A stretch of 64,000 nt of DNA, taken from assembly GCA_963797555.1 (NCBI GenBank), contig CAWCPV010000007.1:64001-128000 (forward strand), given 5' to 3'. Below are positions 1 through 12,016 of the stretch, piece by piece. Numbering within the stretch: position 1 is the stretch's first letter; the number at the start of each line of letters is the position of its first letter. The stretch is from an uncultured Gammaproteobacteria bacterium (GTDB lineage Bacteria > Pseudomonadota > Gammaproteobacteria > CAWCPV01). The position numbers and the translations under genes are program-made. The notes below the pieces were generated by a model that had not been told where the DNA came from, made no database searches, and saw only the letters and a list, made by a program, of their open reading frames with translations.

Positions 1-624
1 CGTCAACTGGGAGTGCAGAGAAGAGAGCTTGACCGACAGGTTGACACGGGGTGATGGGCGGCCGCCCACATTGTCCAGGAGCGGATGCGCGGGCCAGTCT
101 GCGACCCGGGGTGGGACCTGCTCCAGCAGGCTCAGATACTGGTGCTGATACCCTTCCGCTTCGGCCTCGCTCACGGCCGCCTCGCCCAGCACGTCGAGGC
201 TGAAGGCCAGGCCGCGGCGGCGCAGGCGTTCCACGCTCCGATAGGCCTCTTCGGGGTCGGCTCCGCCCATGAACCGCCCCGCCAAGCCATGCAGGGTCAT
301 GCGCACCGCGCCCGCGAGGAGCCGTCCCGACAGCCCCTTGCCGGCCCTATCGATGCCCCACCGGGCCAAGTCTGGAAGGGGAAGCTGATCGTCGGAGAAA
401 TACTCCTGGAGGTGCTGAACCAGGTCAGCGTCGTCTGTCAGGGTGGGCAGCACGTCGATGAAGCGCAGCGCCTGGACTCGGAAGCCCTCGTCGGCCATGA
501 GCTTCTGAAGCAGGGTGGACTCCCAGTGCGCGCGCGCCCAGAACGACGACGCACGTTCCCTGGCGCCGCGCACCAAGCGCGTGCCCAGCTCGCGGACCCG
601 TTGTTCCAACTGTGCCTGGCGCAT
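1..624 (-). CDS. putA: Proline dehydrogenase / bifunctional PutA, N-terminal part (runs off window)
   Basis: Not in ORF track; own translation from ATG at 624: MRQAQLEQRVRELG...MADEGFRVQALRFIDVLPTL...LQEYF...FSLDVLGEAAVSEAEAEGY...NLSVKLSSL, typical PRODH motifs. Confidence 0.85.
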   Translation of the reverse strand, partial: MRQAQLEQRVRELGTRLVRGARERASSFWARAHWESTLLQKLMADEGFRVQALRFIDVLPTLTDDADLVQHLQEYFSDDQLPLPDLARWGIDRAGKGLSGRLLAGAVRMTLHGLAGRFMGGADPEEAYRSVERLRRRGLAFSLDVLGEAAVSEAEAEGYQHQYLSLLEQVPPRVADWPAHPLLDNVGGRPSPRVNLSVKLSSLHSQLT

Positions 625-745
625 GACGGAACCCTCACGCCGTATCCGGGAGCCCGAAGGCTCAACGCGCCGCGCTCGCCTCGCCCGTTGACGTTCTCCC
701 GCCCAGGGCTTCGACCGGGCAGCCGAGAGCGGCGTCCCTAATACT

Positions 746-1298
746 ATGCCCTCGAGGTACCATCGGGGACCAATCGGCGTCGTTGCGGGGGGACCCGTCC
801 CCGAGGCTCCACGTCCGTGCTGGGAACGCTCAAAGCCGAGACCCGGCAAGCCATGGGATGCGAAGGCAAGGGCCAGGAGCTGAAGCGAGCTGGATGCCTG
901 GCTGCCAAACTGGATCTGCAGCGTTTGCTGCGGTTAAGATCCCGGCGCCATGGCTTTGCGTAAATCGACTACCGACTGGCAGTCGTCCGAGCGGGCTCGG
1001 CGCGGCTTTCTCGAGGACATCGGACGGGAACAGCAGCAGCAGGCTCGAACCGCCCGCAAGCAGTTCGAAGATGCCACGGAGGCGTCCGGACGCGCTACGC
1101 GAAGGAGATCCGACGGACGTGACGCTGAAGCGTACGAGCACGCCTACCACGGACCTGCTGGTCCTCGGCAGGCAGGTATTCCAGGTGAGCGGGCGTCCGA
1201 GCCCAAAGGACCTGGCGTCGCGGCTGGCCAAGCGCGCGCAGCGCCCGGTCCGCTGCTCCCGTGACGGAGCCCCGCCCTTCGGTCTCTCCGATCCGTAG
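746..1298 (+). pseudogene. Possible frameshifted universal stress protein (Usp)-like gene
   Basis: Fragments in different frames: ...FLEDIGREQQQQARTARKQFE... and LREGDPTDVTL...TDLLVLGR...LASRLAKRAQRPV, resembling the Usp C-terminal signature. Confidence 0.35.
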
Positions 1299-1497
1299 GC
1301 TCGCCCTCCTGGCGGCGAGCCTCTCCACGCTTCAACGGACGGTCCTCGGTTAGCCCGCTGCCATCCATCCTGCCGCGTCCAGCAGCCGTTAGCGGTCCAG
1401 GAAAGCGCTGCGCTCGTGACCCAGCCTCACGCGCATGCCGCACTGCGGCTCCTGGGGAGCACGATCTCCGGGGTGGCGAAGCGGCTTGGAGCCCGCC

Positions 1498-2193
1498 ATG
1501 AGCCAGAGCGCATTCGGAATCGTTGTGCTCCTCATCGTCTGGATCGGTTACTTCGCCCTGCATTCGCTGCTGGCGGCGCTCAGCGTCAAGAGCCTGCTGA
1601 CCCGCCGCTGGCCCGCTCTGGGGCCTGCCTATCGTCTCCTGTACAACGCCGTTGCGCTGCTCTTGGTCGTCCCTGCGCTGTGGCTCACCTTCGCCCTCGA
1701 TGGGCCATACCTCTGGCGATGGGCAGGTCCGTGGGCATGGGTCAGCAGCCTGGGCGCTGTCGTTTCGCTGCTCGGCTTCGTGTGGTCGTTGAGGTACTAC
1801 GACGGGCTGGAATTCGCGGGCTGGCGGCAGTGGCAGAGAAGGGCAAACCCTTCCCAAGACTTGGGGCCCTTTATCCTATCGCCGCTGCACCGATTCGTGC
1901 GCCATCCCTGGTACTTTTTGGGTCTGATGTTGGCTTGGACGCGCGACATGACCGTTCCGCTTCTGGTGAGCGTCCTCGCAATGACGCTGTACCTCATCGT
2001 GGGATCACGCCTGGAAGAGCGCAAGCTGATCCAGCACCACGGCGAGATCTACCGCCGATACCGGGTGCGAGTGCCGGCCCTGGTTCCGTTACCCTGGCGT
2101 TATCTTCGCCGCGCGGAGGCCGAGGCGCTCCTGCAGGCAGCGCGCCCTGCCGGCGTGGGCCCAGGACAGGTGCCGGGAGCCGGCCCGTGCTAG
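1498..2193 (+). CDS. NnrU/isoprenylcysteine methyltransferase-family membrane protein (MddA/nurim-like)
   Basis: Hydrophobic helices; motifs FALHSLLA, RLLYN, HRFVRHPWY, LEERKL...YRRYRVRVP. Confidence 0.75.
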   Translation: MSQSAFGIVVLLIVWIGYFALHSLLAALSVKSLLTRRWPALGPAYRLLYNAVALLLVVPALWLTFALDGPYLWRWAGPWAWVSSLGAVVSLLGFVWSLRYYDGLEFAGWRQWQRRANPSQDLGPFILSPLHRFVRHPWYFLGLMLAWTRDMTVPLLVSVLAMTLYLIVGSRLEERKLIQHHGEIYRRYRVRVPALVPLPWRYLRRAEAEALLQAARPAGVGPGQVPGAGPC

Positions 2194-2497
2194 CCGTGCA
2201 GAGCAATCGGCACACCGGGCCGGTCGACGGTCCAGAGCCTTGTGACGGCCGTGCCGAGATTCCCGGCCGTTCGGTGCTCAGGTGCCGATGGGTGCGCTGA
2301 ACAGCGCGCGTATTCAGGCTCCACGCCTTACGACGCGCGCCGTGAGCTGTCGGCAAGCATGGAGGGAGCACCGCTGCAGCACCACTGTCGGGACGCGCAG
2401 CAGACTCGATCACAAGGCTCTCACCCCTGCCGCCCGCAGATGGGGGAGGGGGACTCGGGACCCCCGTGGCGCATTTGAACGATAACGAGGAAGGTCG

Positions 2498-3861
2498 ATG
2501 GCACTCGATCCCGCTAGGTTTCCTCAGGACATGACGGATGCACTGGCCTGCTACCCACTGCTGGACGCCTTGCGCGGTCGGCGCTCGCGGCGCTTCGGCA
2601 TGGGAATGGAGATCGGGCATGGCCCCTTCACCTACCGCAGCCCGCACTTGCCGTTGCCGCTTACCGAGGCCGAAGAGGCGGCGCTGGCTTTCGCGGCTTG
2701 CGGGATCACCGGCTATGCTCTGGCCGACCTGGCATACGGGCCCGGTCAAGGCGGAAGCATGTTGGCAGGTTTGCTGGGCCGGACCATCGCGAGCGCCGAC
2801 GCGATCAACACGGTATCGCTGGTTGTCACGAACGACCAAGCTACCTATCTGCTGCGGCGCCCCCAGGACTTCGACCCCGTCGAAATCCCAGAGCTGATTC
2901 GCCTGGCCCAAGCTGGCGACCTGACGGAGCTTGCGGTCGCGTCGAGATAGGCCAGGGGCGGGCCGCGCCGCCAGTGGAGCCAGGGTACAACTTCAACATC
3001 AACAAGTGGTCGCTCTATGCGCCGGGTGGCACGTACCTTCTGCCCATCAACGAGCTGACCGGGATCTACATCAATGCCCTGCTGGAGGCATTCGACGAGA
3101 CCATGGCGCTGTTCATTCTGGACGATCGGGCCAACTTCCGTCCCGCGGGAGTCGGCCGATTTGCACGCAGCAAGGGCGGCCATTTGGTGGACGATCCCGG
3201 CGCAGGCCGTGTCGCCACGGTGCTGGCGATAGAGATGTCGCTGGCCGAGGCCGTGTCCGTGGAGCAGGGAATGATGCTGCAGAACCTGGGGCTCATGAGC
3301 CAGGCGCTTGGCTTGGGCGGCTTTCCGAATTTCGCTCGTCACGAGTTCGGGTGGTTCGAAGCCCTCGGCTTTCGGATGGGGGCGATGCCGGCCAGCCGTT
3401 ACTTCGGTGCCAGCCGCTTGGTCTCCACGCTGTTGGCGCTCTTCGGCCGCGACCGGCCGGTGTCCTATCCCCTGGGCCTGGAACGTAACGACGACACCCT
3501 CCTTAAACCCTACTGTCCCCCGTACTATGCGACGATGGCAGCGGCGGTCCGTGCCTATGTCGAGTACAAGTTCGGGTCACAGGGCGTGTTTCGCGGTGGC
3601 GCAGGCAACAGCGGCTGGCGCGAGCCCGCGACGGCGACCTCCCAGATCCCTGCGCCGAGCGAGGGGGCGATCGCCGCGACCGTCGCATACTGCGACTATG
3701 TCTACCAGCGCTACGGCCGCTTTCCGGCTTACAGTGCGCCGTTTCGCACCGTCTTGGGCTACCAGGCCACCCACGTCGATGCGGACTTTTATGACCGCTT
3801 CTACCGGCCCGAAGCGCTCACCGCTACTCAGCGTGACCATCGGACCCGCTGCCGCACGTGA
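2498..3861 (+). CDS. Nitroreductase-fold hypothetical protein, frameshifted near 2940
   Basis: ORF 2498..2950 (LDALRGRRSRRF) joins ORF 2698..3861 (EQGMMLQNLGLMSQALGLGG); RRSxR and QNxxLxAxALGLG are nitroreductase-family motifs. Confidence 0.6.
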
Positions 3862-3941
3862 CGAGCCCAAGTGAAGTCTCCGCGCGTCCGCCGCGAGGCA
3901 GGCCGGGGCGCCGGGGCGACGCTGCTGCCTGTGGCGTCCGC

Positions 3942-4779
3942 CTATACCCCACTGGGCGGCGGCCCGAGCCCCTCGATTCTGGTAACCCTTCGGGTAGGTG
4001 GGCCGGCGAAGGGCGGTGCGCAGGCGCGGCCGGCGCCTCGCTGGCAGCAGTCGCGAGAGCCGCGCCCGAAGGCGTAGGGCAGTCTCCACGGTTTGCCGCC
4101 AGCCTCTGGAGGGAGCGGGGAAGCCGAAAGCCTCCCGCAGCGGATCGTCGAGCAGAGCGGCAATCGCTGCCCGCACCACGGGGTGCAGGGGGCCGGGGAA
4201 CCAGCCTGCGAACAGCGAGCGGGTCGCCTCGCCCACCGCCCGGCCTGCTTCAGAGTAGCGGTAGGTCGAGCGCTCGTAGTCCCTGTTGAAACGCTCCAGG
4301 TCCTCGTAGCGCTCCGGCAAATCGCGAATCCCCATGCGACGGCCGACCTCCAACCAGAAGTGGAGCCAGCCCAGCCGTTCCCAGTCGGTCATGGGCCGCC
4401 AGCCGAAGCGGGCATTCCAGCGGATGGGCTCCAGCGCGAACGTCGACAGCACGTAGACGAAGTCTTCGTTGGCGATGCGGAAGCGCCCGTGGATCCCGTT
4501 CATGCGGGCGATGGCCCGCCGCCCACGCTCCGAGTCGTACCCGCACTCCAGCAGCTCGGAGACGATCAGGTCGGTGTCGTCATAGCGCTTCTGGGGCCGC
4601 GCCTCGAACTCCCCGGTGGCGTGCAGCAGCCCCCCGATGCGCGGGCTGGCGAAGGTGCGGAACAGGGCAAGCTCGAGCGAACGGGTGGTATCCCATGGGA
4701 ACTCCCAACAGGCCAGCCGGTAAGCGATGGCCTGGCACTCCCGCACCGGGTCCAGCCCGCCTTGCGGACGCGCCAGCAT
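3942..4779 (-). CDS. DUF2236 / MpaB-like oxygenase family protein, frameshift near the 3' end
   Basis: EFPWDTTRSLELALFRTFASP, KRYDDT, RMNGIHGRFRIANEDFVYVLS, GRRMGIRDLP; likely C-terminus RIEGLGPPPSGV* in another frame. Confidence 0.8.
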
Positions 4780-5012
4780 CCCTACCCCCGGGCCGCGACC
4801 GGCAGCGGCACCGAATTACAACCGCCGGTCATCCGGCGGACATGGCCGGTGGGGTCGACCGCGAACCCGTCGATGTCCGCGGCGTGGACGGGGCGCGCGT
4901 TTTCGGCCACGCCATCCACTTCCCAAGGGCGACGGTGAAGCTGGCGCGCGCTACCCTGAAAACACCCCGCAGGCCATCCTCACCACAGACCGGCAGGAGT
5001 CGCCAGCCCCGG

Positions 5013-5052
5013 AAAAAACAAGAAAGCCCCACCGACGTCCGGTGGGGCCTTT
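5013..5052 (-). terminator. Rho-independent terminator of groEL
   Basis: Minus strand GCCCCACCG-GACGT-CGGTGGGGC followed by TTTCTTGTTTTTT. Confidence 0.85.
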
Positions 5053-5079
5053 GGTAACATCGCTCCGGACGGGATCCGA

Positions 5080-6732
<1,653 letters not shown>

Positions 6733-7450
6733 TTATAGCATCGTTGACACACCGGGATTCCCCGGGGCTCACGTCGAACTCGGACTCCTGGACGGTCCCT
6801 CAGGGCCGTCGAGCGGCGCTTCCTGCATTGACGCCGGCCGTGTCTCACCGCGTTGAAGGCGGGAGACGTGCCTGTCTGCGATGCATCAGCGATCCTCTGA
6901 AGGCGCTCACTACAATGTACTGATCGTTCAGATTTCCTATCTCGCATCTCGATCCAGTCCCCGCGCTCTGTCAGAAGAGGGTGAGGGCGACGATTGGCTT
7001 GTCCACGCCATGCCGGCACCGGCGCGTTATTCCGCCAACGGGCAGACACATTATCACCAAGCTGGGCGCTCATCTACTACTTGGCGGGGCGGCTTTGGCA
7101 CGGCAGAGCGAGGCCGCCGCCCGACCCCCTGAGTCGGTCCCGACCGTAGAACCCGCCGGGAGTCAGCCCGGCATGACCGCCTCATGCCGCTCCTGGGGCC
7201 GCGCCTGGAGTTACGACCTCTCGAGGTGGCACACCGAGCGCGTTCGGCGGATACCCGCGCAAAGGGTGCAGGCCGGGATCCGAGGGCAGCGAGCCGAGCC
7301 CCCCGAACAGGAGGAGCGGTTAGCGCTCGGTCGCCTCGTTGACCGAGGGGTCTCACCGGAGTTCGCGGCCAGGCGCGCGGTTGGCTCGCGATCGGCGGAG
7401 GCTGCCGCGGTTGTCATCGTAATGACATGAAAGCATAAGGAAACTTTAAG

Positions 7451-7485
7451 CTTTCCACAGCACCTGTGGATATCTCCGTGGACAA
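7451..7485. promoter_or_regulatory. Cluster of three DnaA-box-like 9-mers
   Basis: CTTTCCACA (7451-59), TGTGGATAT (7465-73), CGTGGACAA (7477-85): 1-2 mismatches to TTATCCACA; first two inverted. Confidence 0.5.
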
Positions 7486-7714
7486 CTGTCAGATAAGCGG
7501 CATAGAGCCCCGCGTTTCAAGCCCGTTCGCCGATCTGGCGAGTCTCTCGCCATCGGGATGAAACAGTATGCGAGGCAGTGAGTTTTGAGCGGCCGTGCAA
7601 GTCATTTGGAGGCGCCGAGCGCTCGCCCAGGCGCCTGCCTATCGGCCCATGGCACTCTGTGCACAACTGCCTGAGGTCGGTTACTATGCACTGGCCGGGG
7701 TGGAGGGGGGGAGC

Positions 7715-8062
7715 ATGAACGACACACTATTCCCGTTCGGGCAGATCGTGACCTCACCAGGGGTGCTGGCGGCGTTGCAGGAGGCCGAACAATCGGTCGG
7801 CGAGTTCTTGCAGCGCCATGGTACGGGGGATTGGGGGGAGGTCGACGAAGACCATCGTCAGCAGAACGCACGCGCCCTGGAGCGGGGCCTGCGTTTGCTC
7901 AGCATCTACCGCACCTGCCGAGATACCGAGCTCTGGTGCATCACTGAGGCGGGGCGCAGCGTGACCCTGCTGGTGCTGCCCGAGGAATATCTCTACCCAA
8001 AGAAACGCCGGCCCGGGCGGCGCAGCGCAGCCGCGCGGGGACACCAGCTTCAGGGACCATAG
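7715..8062 (+). CDS. Conserved small hypothetical protein (mobile-element associated RHxxGDWG family)
   Basis: FPFGQIVTSPG...LQRHGTGDWGEVDEDH...RLLSIY...WCITEAGRSVTLLVLPEEY; GGAG RBS. Confidence 0.75.
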   Translation: MNDTLFPFGQIVTSPGVLAALQEAEQSVGEFLQRHGTGDWGEVDEDHRQQNARALERGLRLLSIYRTCRDTELWCITEAGRSVTLLVLPEEYLYPKKRRPGRRSAAARGHQLQGP

Positions 8063-8497
8063 CCTCGCAGGCAGCGTCGGTCCGAGAGCACTCGGGGCTG
8101 AGGCGAGCCACGGTTGTCGCCGTGGCAGCGCTCGATGCCCGTGCTTGAGTGGCCTGGACGACGTGCGTGGAAACGTCGGCGGCGCACCCGAGGGGCGAGA
8201 TCAGAGACAGGCCCACGCGCGGCCCTGCACGTCCGCCGAGCGCTCCAGTGGGGCCGCGGCGGTTTGCCGCGGATAACCGGGGACCCCGTGATCTGCAGGG
8301 CCGCAGCCACCCCGAGCGATGTGCTTCAGCCGGTCACACCGTCCGCGCAAGCGACGGATTAGCGGCTAAAAGGCTCTAGCGCGCGGGCTTGCCCTCCCGG
8401 CGGCCGACGAACCTGCCGGCTCCCGCCGTCTTGGGGTGGCACCAGTCAGGAACCGGAGGAATCACGGAAAGTACGAAAAGGCCGGGCGACTTACCCT

Positions 8498-8680
8498 CTG
8501 CGCATCCTACGTCTCTCCGACCTGCATGAGCGCGGGGCCCGCGAGGAGAAGCACTGGCGCCGCCCGGTCCTCGGACTGGCTTGGGGCCAATCTGGGGGCC
8601 CTCGCTCGCGAGGAGAAGCCCTTCGACGTGGTCTGCTTCACCGGCGACGGCCGACTGGGGGATGCTGGCGGAATACAGGT
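8498..8680 (+). pseudogene. Metallophosphoesterase N-terminal remnant
   Basis: LRILRLSDLH ... FDVVCFTGD ... DWGMLAEY across frames (DxH and GD motifs); truncated at the convergent TPR gene. Confidence 0.6.
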
Positions 8681-8694
8681 CTGCGCCGGGCGGG

Positions 8695-10641
8695 TCAGTC
8701 ATGGGGTGCTGCGTTCCTCTGACACGCAGCCTGCTTCGCATTTACCGACGGGGACGCCAGAACGGACGCGAGGTTCGCCTGCGCCACCCGGTTGCCGGGG
8801 TCGAGTCGCAGGGTGCGCCGATATTCGGTTGCGGCGGCGCAAAGCCTCCCCGCTCGTTGGTGCAGAACGGCGAGCCAGAGCGTCGCGTCCCGGTGGTCAG
8901 GGTCGACCGCCAAGGCGCGGCGGTATAGCGCCTCCGCGTCTGCCCAGCGGTGTTCCTTCTCCGCTACGACGCCCTTTCCGAAGTAGGCGTTGGCGTTCCC
9001 TGGGTCGACGGCCAGGGCTGAATCGTACTGACGGCCGGCCTCTTCGAACCGGCCTAGCTTCACATAAAGGTCTCCCAAGCGCACGCGGGCTGGCGACGAG
9101 GTCGGAACCGCTCGCAACAGCCGCTCGTACACGATCGCTCCCTGGTCTGGTGCCCCGCTCCGAATCAGAGCGACACCGAGGTTCTCCTGGGCCAGGGTAT
9201 CGCTCGGGTTTGCGGCTACAGCCTTGCGGTAGCTCGCGATGGCGCGTTGAAGGTCGCCCCGGCCCAGGTACACGTTCCCCAGGTTTGTCAGGGCCACGGA
9301 CGAGTTCGGGTAGCGCTCCAATACGGCAAGCCAGAGGCTCTCATCGCTTTTCCAGACAGCGGTTTGCTGCCGCGTAGCCATCACCAGCACCAGCAGGATG
9401 GCAAACGTCCCCAACAGCGCGGAAATGCGCAACAGCGTGGAGGCGGCCACCGCGCTCAGCGCTCTGCTCAGGCCCGCCCCCACCAACACGTAGAACCCGA
9501 TCGTCGGCAGGTAGGCATAGCGGTCGGCGGTCGCCTGCTGCCCCACCTGCACGACCCCGAGGACGGGCGAAAGTGCGATGACGTAGTAAAGCGCTACCGC
9601 CAGCCAGTATCGCTGCCCGCGGCCCCATTCTCTCAGACACAGCAGGAATGCGGTCAAGACCACCAGGGGTGCGATCACGCTCACTGCAGAGGGTGAAGTT
9701 ATCCAGGGCGGGAACGGGTAGAAAGGGGACAGTCCGACGGGAAGCAGGAACGTCTGGAGGTAGAACAGCAGGCCATGGGCCGCACTGAGAGCGCGCGCCA
9801 GCGGCCCAAGATCGCCGAGGGAGCGAATGGTGCCGGCGTGACTTTGGGCGATCACGGTGATGGCAGCGACCAGTGCGCTCAGGGCGAAGAATGCCCACTT
9901 CTCCGCAAGGAGGGCCACCGCTCGCCGGCGTAGATCTCCTGGCGACTCGCCCCGGACGCGATGGAGCGGGTACACGTCGAGAAGCAGAAGGACGAGCGGG
10001 ACGCTCACCGCCATCGGTTTGGCGAGCAGCGCCAGGGTAAAGAACAAAAAGCTCCCGGTGAGCCGCTTGGACTGTGTCGGGTCGCGCCCGTAAGCGAGAT
10101 AGCTTATGAAGGTCAGCAAGACGAAGAAAGCGCACAGTACATCCTTGCGTTCGGCGATCCACGCGACCGATTCCACGTGCTGAGGATGGACGGCGAACAG
10201 GGCAGCGGCGAAGGCCGCGCCCACCAGGGGGGCGCTGTCGAGCGGTGCCGGGCCCAAGGCGCGGCGCCTGTCGCGGGGGGCCGCCAGCGTGAGGAGTTGC
10301 AGCGTCAATACCCACACCAGTACGGAGTTGGCGGCGTGAAGGACGACGCTGCTCAGGTGGTGCGCCCACGGCGCGAGCCCCGCCAAGCGGTAGTCGAGGG
10401 CGTGCGAGAGCCAGGCGAGCGGGTGCCAGTTGCCTGCGTAGGTCTGCGTAAAGGCCCAGCGCAGCATGGCCCAGTCCAGCTCTTTGATATGCGGATTCCG
10501 GTAAACGTAGGGGTAGTCATCCCAGTGGAGGAAACCGTTGCCCACTGCCCCTTGGTATGCCAGCCAGGCGAGCGAGACGGCACCGAGCGGACCCAGCCAT
10601 ACGAGCAATTGGCGCACGTCGAGCCTCGTGTCGGCGGTCAT
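8695..10641 (-). CDS. TMTC-like GT-C protein O-glycosyltransferase with C-terminal TPRs
   Basis: FLHWDD, NWHPL, FAVHPQHVESVAWIAERKDVL, ADRYAYLP, then several TPR repeats; ATG at 10641. Confidence 0.88.
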   Translation of the reverse strand: MTADTRLDVRQLLVWLGPLGAVSLAWLAYQGAVGNGFLHWDDYPYVYRNPHIKELDWAMLRWAFTQTYAGNWHPLAWLSHALDYRLAGLAPWAHHLSSVVLHAANSVLVWVLTLQLLTLAAPRDRRRALGPAPLDSAPLVGAAFAAALFAVHPQHVESVAWIAERKDVLCAFFVLLTFISYLAYGRDPTQSKRLTGSFLFFTLALLAKPMAVSVPLVLLLLDVYPLHRVRGESPGDLRRRAVALLAEKWAFFALSALVAAITVIAQSHAGTIRSLGDLGPLARALSAAHGLLFYLQTFLLPVGLSPFYPFPPWITSPSAVSVIAPLVVLTAFLLCLREWGRGQRYWLAVALYYVIALSPVLGVVQVGQQATADRYAYLPTIGFYVLVGAGLSRALSAVAASTLLRISALLGTFAILLVLVMATRQQTAVWKSDESLWLAVLERYPNSSVALTNLGNVYLGRGDLQRAIASYRKAVAANPSDTLAQENLGVALIRSGAPDQGAIVYERLLRAVPTSSPARVRLGDLYVKLGRFEEAGRQYDSALAVDPGNANAYFGKGVVAEKEHRWADAEALYRRALAVDPDHRDATLWLAVLHQRAGRLCAAATEYRRTLRLDPGNRVAQANLASVLASPSVNAKQAACQRNAAPHD

Positions 10642-10663
10642 GCAGGTTCTCTGCGGTAAATTC

Positions 10664-12016
10664 TCACACGCAGTCTCCATCTCGGGCTTCGACGGGTGAA
10701 CGCCGCCGGCGCCCCGAGAGCCGCAGCCTGACCGATCGACGCAAACGACCGTTTCCGCTGCGGTGCAGGATGTCGGGGCCAGCGGCGGGACATGGAAGAC
10801 GCTGCCGCTCGACGTGAGTGGCTTCGGGGTAACGCATTGTATGGCCTGGGCTGGGAGAAGACCGGGCGGAAGTCTTCCGCCATGCGCGGGTTTGGGGCGG
10901 ACGCACCGACGCCGACACACTTTCCGGCCTTGACCGTGTTGTGAAGCCAGCGGCCGCGGCAAAGGCTTTGGTGAATGCGGCACGGTCGCGGTAGTCCAGG
11001 TGCGAGCCGTCGGGACAGGCGAACGAGTTCAACCCCGGCCAATCCTCGAAATAGATGGTGCGCGCCTGGCTGCTCGCGGCAACGTGGTTCCAGAAGCGAT
11101 CGCGGGGCCAACGTCTTCGATCGGCCTCCAGCACCAGACCGCTGGTGGGCATGCGAAGGAGTATCACGTGGCCACCCCGCGCCTGAATGGTTCGAACCGC
11201 GCGCTCGACTTCCTGCGCGCGGGAGCGATAGACGCTCTCGTCGGCGGGCCGGAGCTGACGGACGGCGCGCGTCAGTTCCTGCTCCAGCGCTTTCCAGTCG
11301 ATGCGGGGGTCCGCCGGGATGTCGGTGCCAAGCTCCCTGCCGACCCGAATCAGATAAAAGCCCGGCTTATGGACCCGGGTGTAATCGGCAAGGCGCGATC
11401 GATCGGGCAGGGTGATCAGGTATTGCGGTGAGGCCCGCGTATCGAGGAGCCGGAAAAGCCACGCGTCCAGCGGTCGCCCACCGTCTGCATAGGCGCGCAG
11501 TCTTCGCCGAACAGCCTGAGCCAGGGACTGCTCAACCTGCAAGTAGTTCCAAGACGACGCCTTCGGCAGCCGCTCGAATGCGGTCTGGTATTCGATGGCG
11601 CGGGACGAATCGGAAGTACCGCCAACGACTTCCTCGGCGAAGTCGACGACGACGGTCCCCGTGACGGACGGATCACGCGCAAGACCATCCAGGATAGGCA
11701 GGAAGGAGGTCCCGTCGATGGCGAGCTGGATCGACTCCAGTCCGGTCTCCTCACGGAGCACATCGAGGTCCATACCGAGCTGAATGCGCGATGCGCCCAC
11801 CAGGATCAGCGCCTGCCCGCCCAGGCAACTGGCGCGTTGCCGCTCCGCGATCCAGAGTTCCTTCGAATCCACGACGGTCGGTTTATACCCTTTCGCTGCC
11901 AGCAGGACTTCCGTCACGACCACCAGCGACGAGACGAGGCAGAGCGCTAGGGCAAAGGCCGCCAACGAGCCCCACTTGTCGCACCGAGCATCAGAACTGG
12001 AAGTAGATGAACGCAC
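10664..12016 (-). CDS. SGNH-like periplasmic partner of MBOAT acyltransferase (3' end uncertain)
   Basis: Start VRSSTSSSD overlaps the MBOAT stop; N-terminal TM, GASR and DGSHL motifs; tail after about 10930 is low quality. Confidence 0.7.
   Translation of the reverse strand: MRSSTSSSDARCDKWGSLAAFALALCLVSSLVVVTEVLLAAKGYKPTVVDSKELWIAERQRASCLGGQALILVGASRIQLGMDLDVLREETGLESIQLAIDGTSFLPILDGLARDPSVTGTVVVDFAEEVVGGTSDSSRAIEYQTAFERLPKASSWNYLQVEQSLAQAVRRRLRAYADGGRPLDAWLFRLLDTRASPQYLITLPDRSRLADYTRVHKPGFYLIRVGRELGTDIPADPRIDWKALEQELTRAVRQLRPADESVYRSRAQEVERAVRTIQARGGHVILLRMPTSGLVLEADRRRWPRDRFWNHVAASSQARTIYFEDWPGLNSFACPDGSHLDYRDRAAFTKAFAAAAGFTTRSRPESVSASVRPPQTRAWRKTSARSSPSPGHTMRYPEATHVERQRLPCPAAGPDILHRSGNGRLRRSVRLRLSGRRRRSPVEARDGDCV

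Noticed and set aside
2418-2460. CCCTCACCCC...GGGGAGGGG-type palindromic repeat (also near 6960 and 17950)
   Set aside because: Too degenerate to define a family from this window alone.
7441-7500. oriC
   Set aside because: Few, degenerate boxes; no DUE 13-mers or GATC cluster; no dnaA/gidA context.
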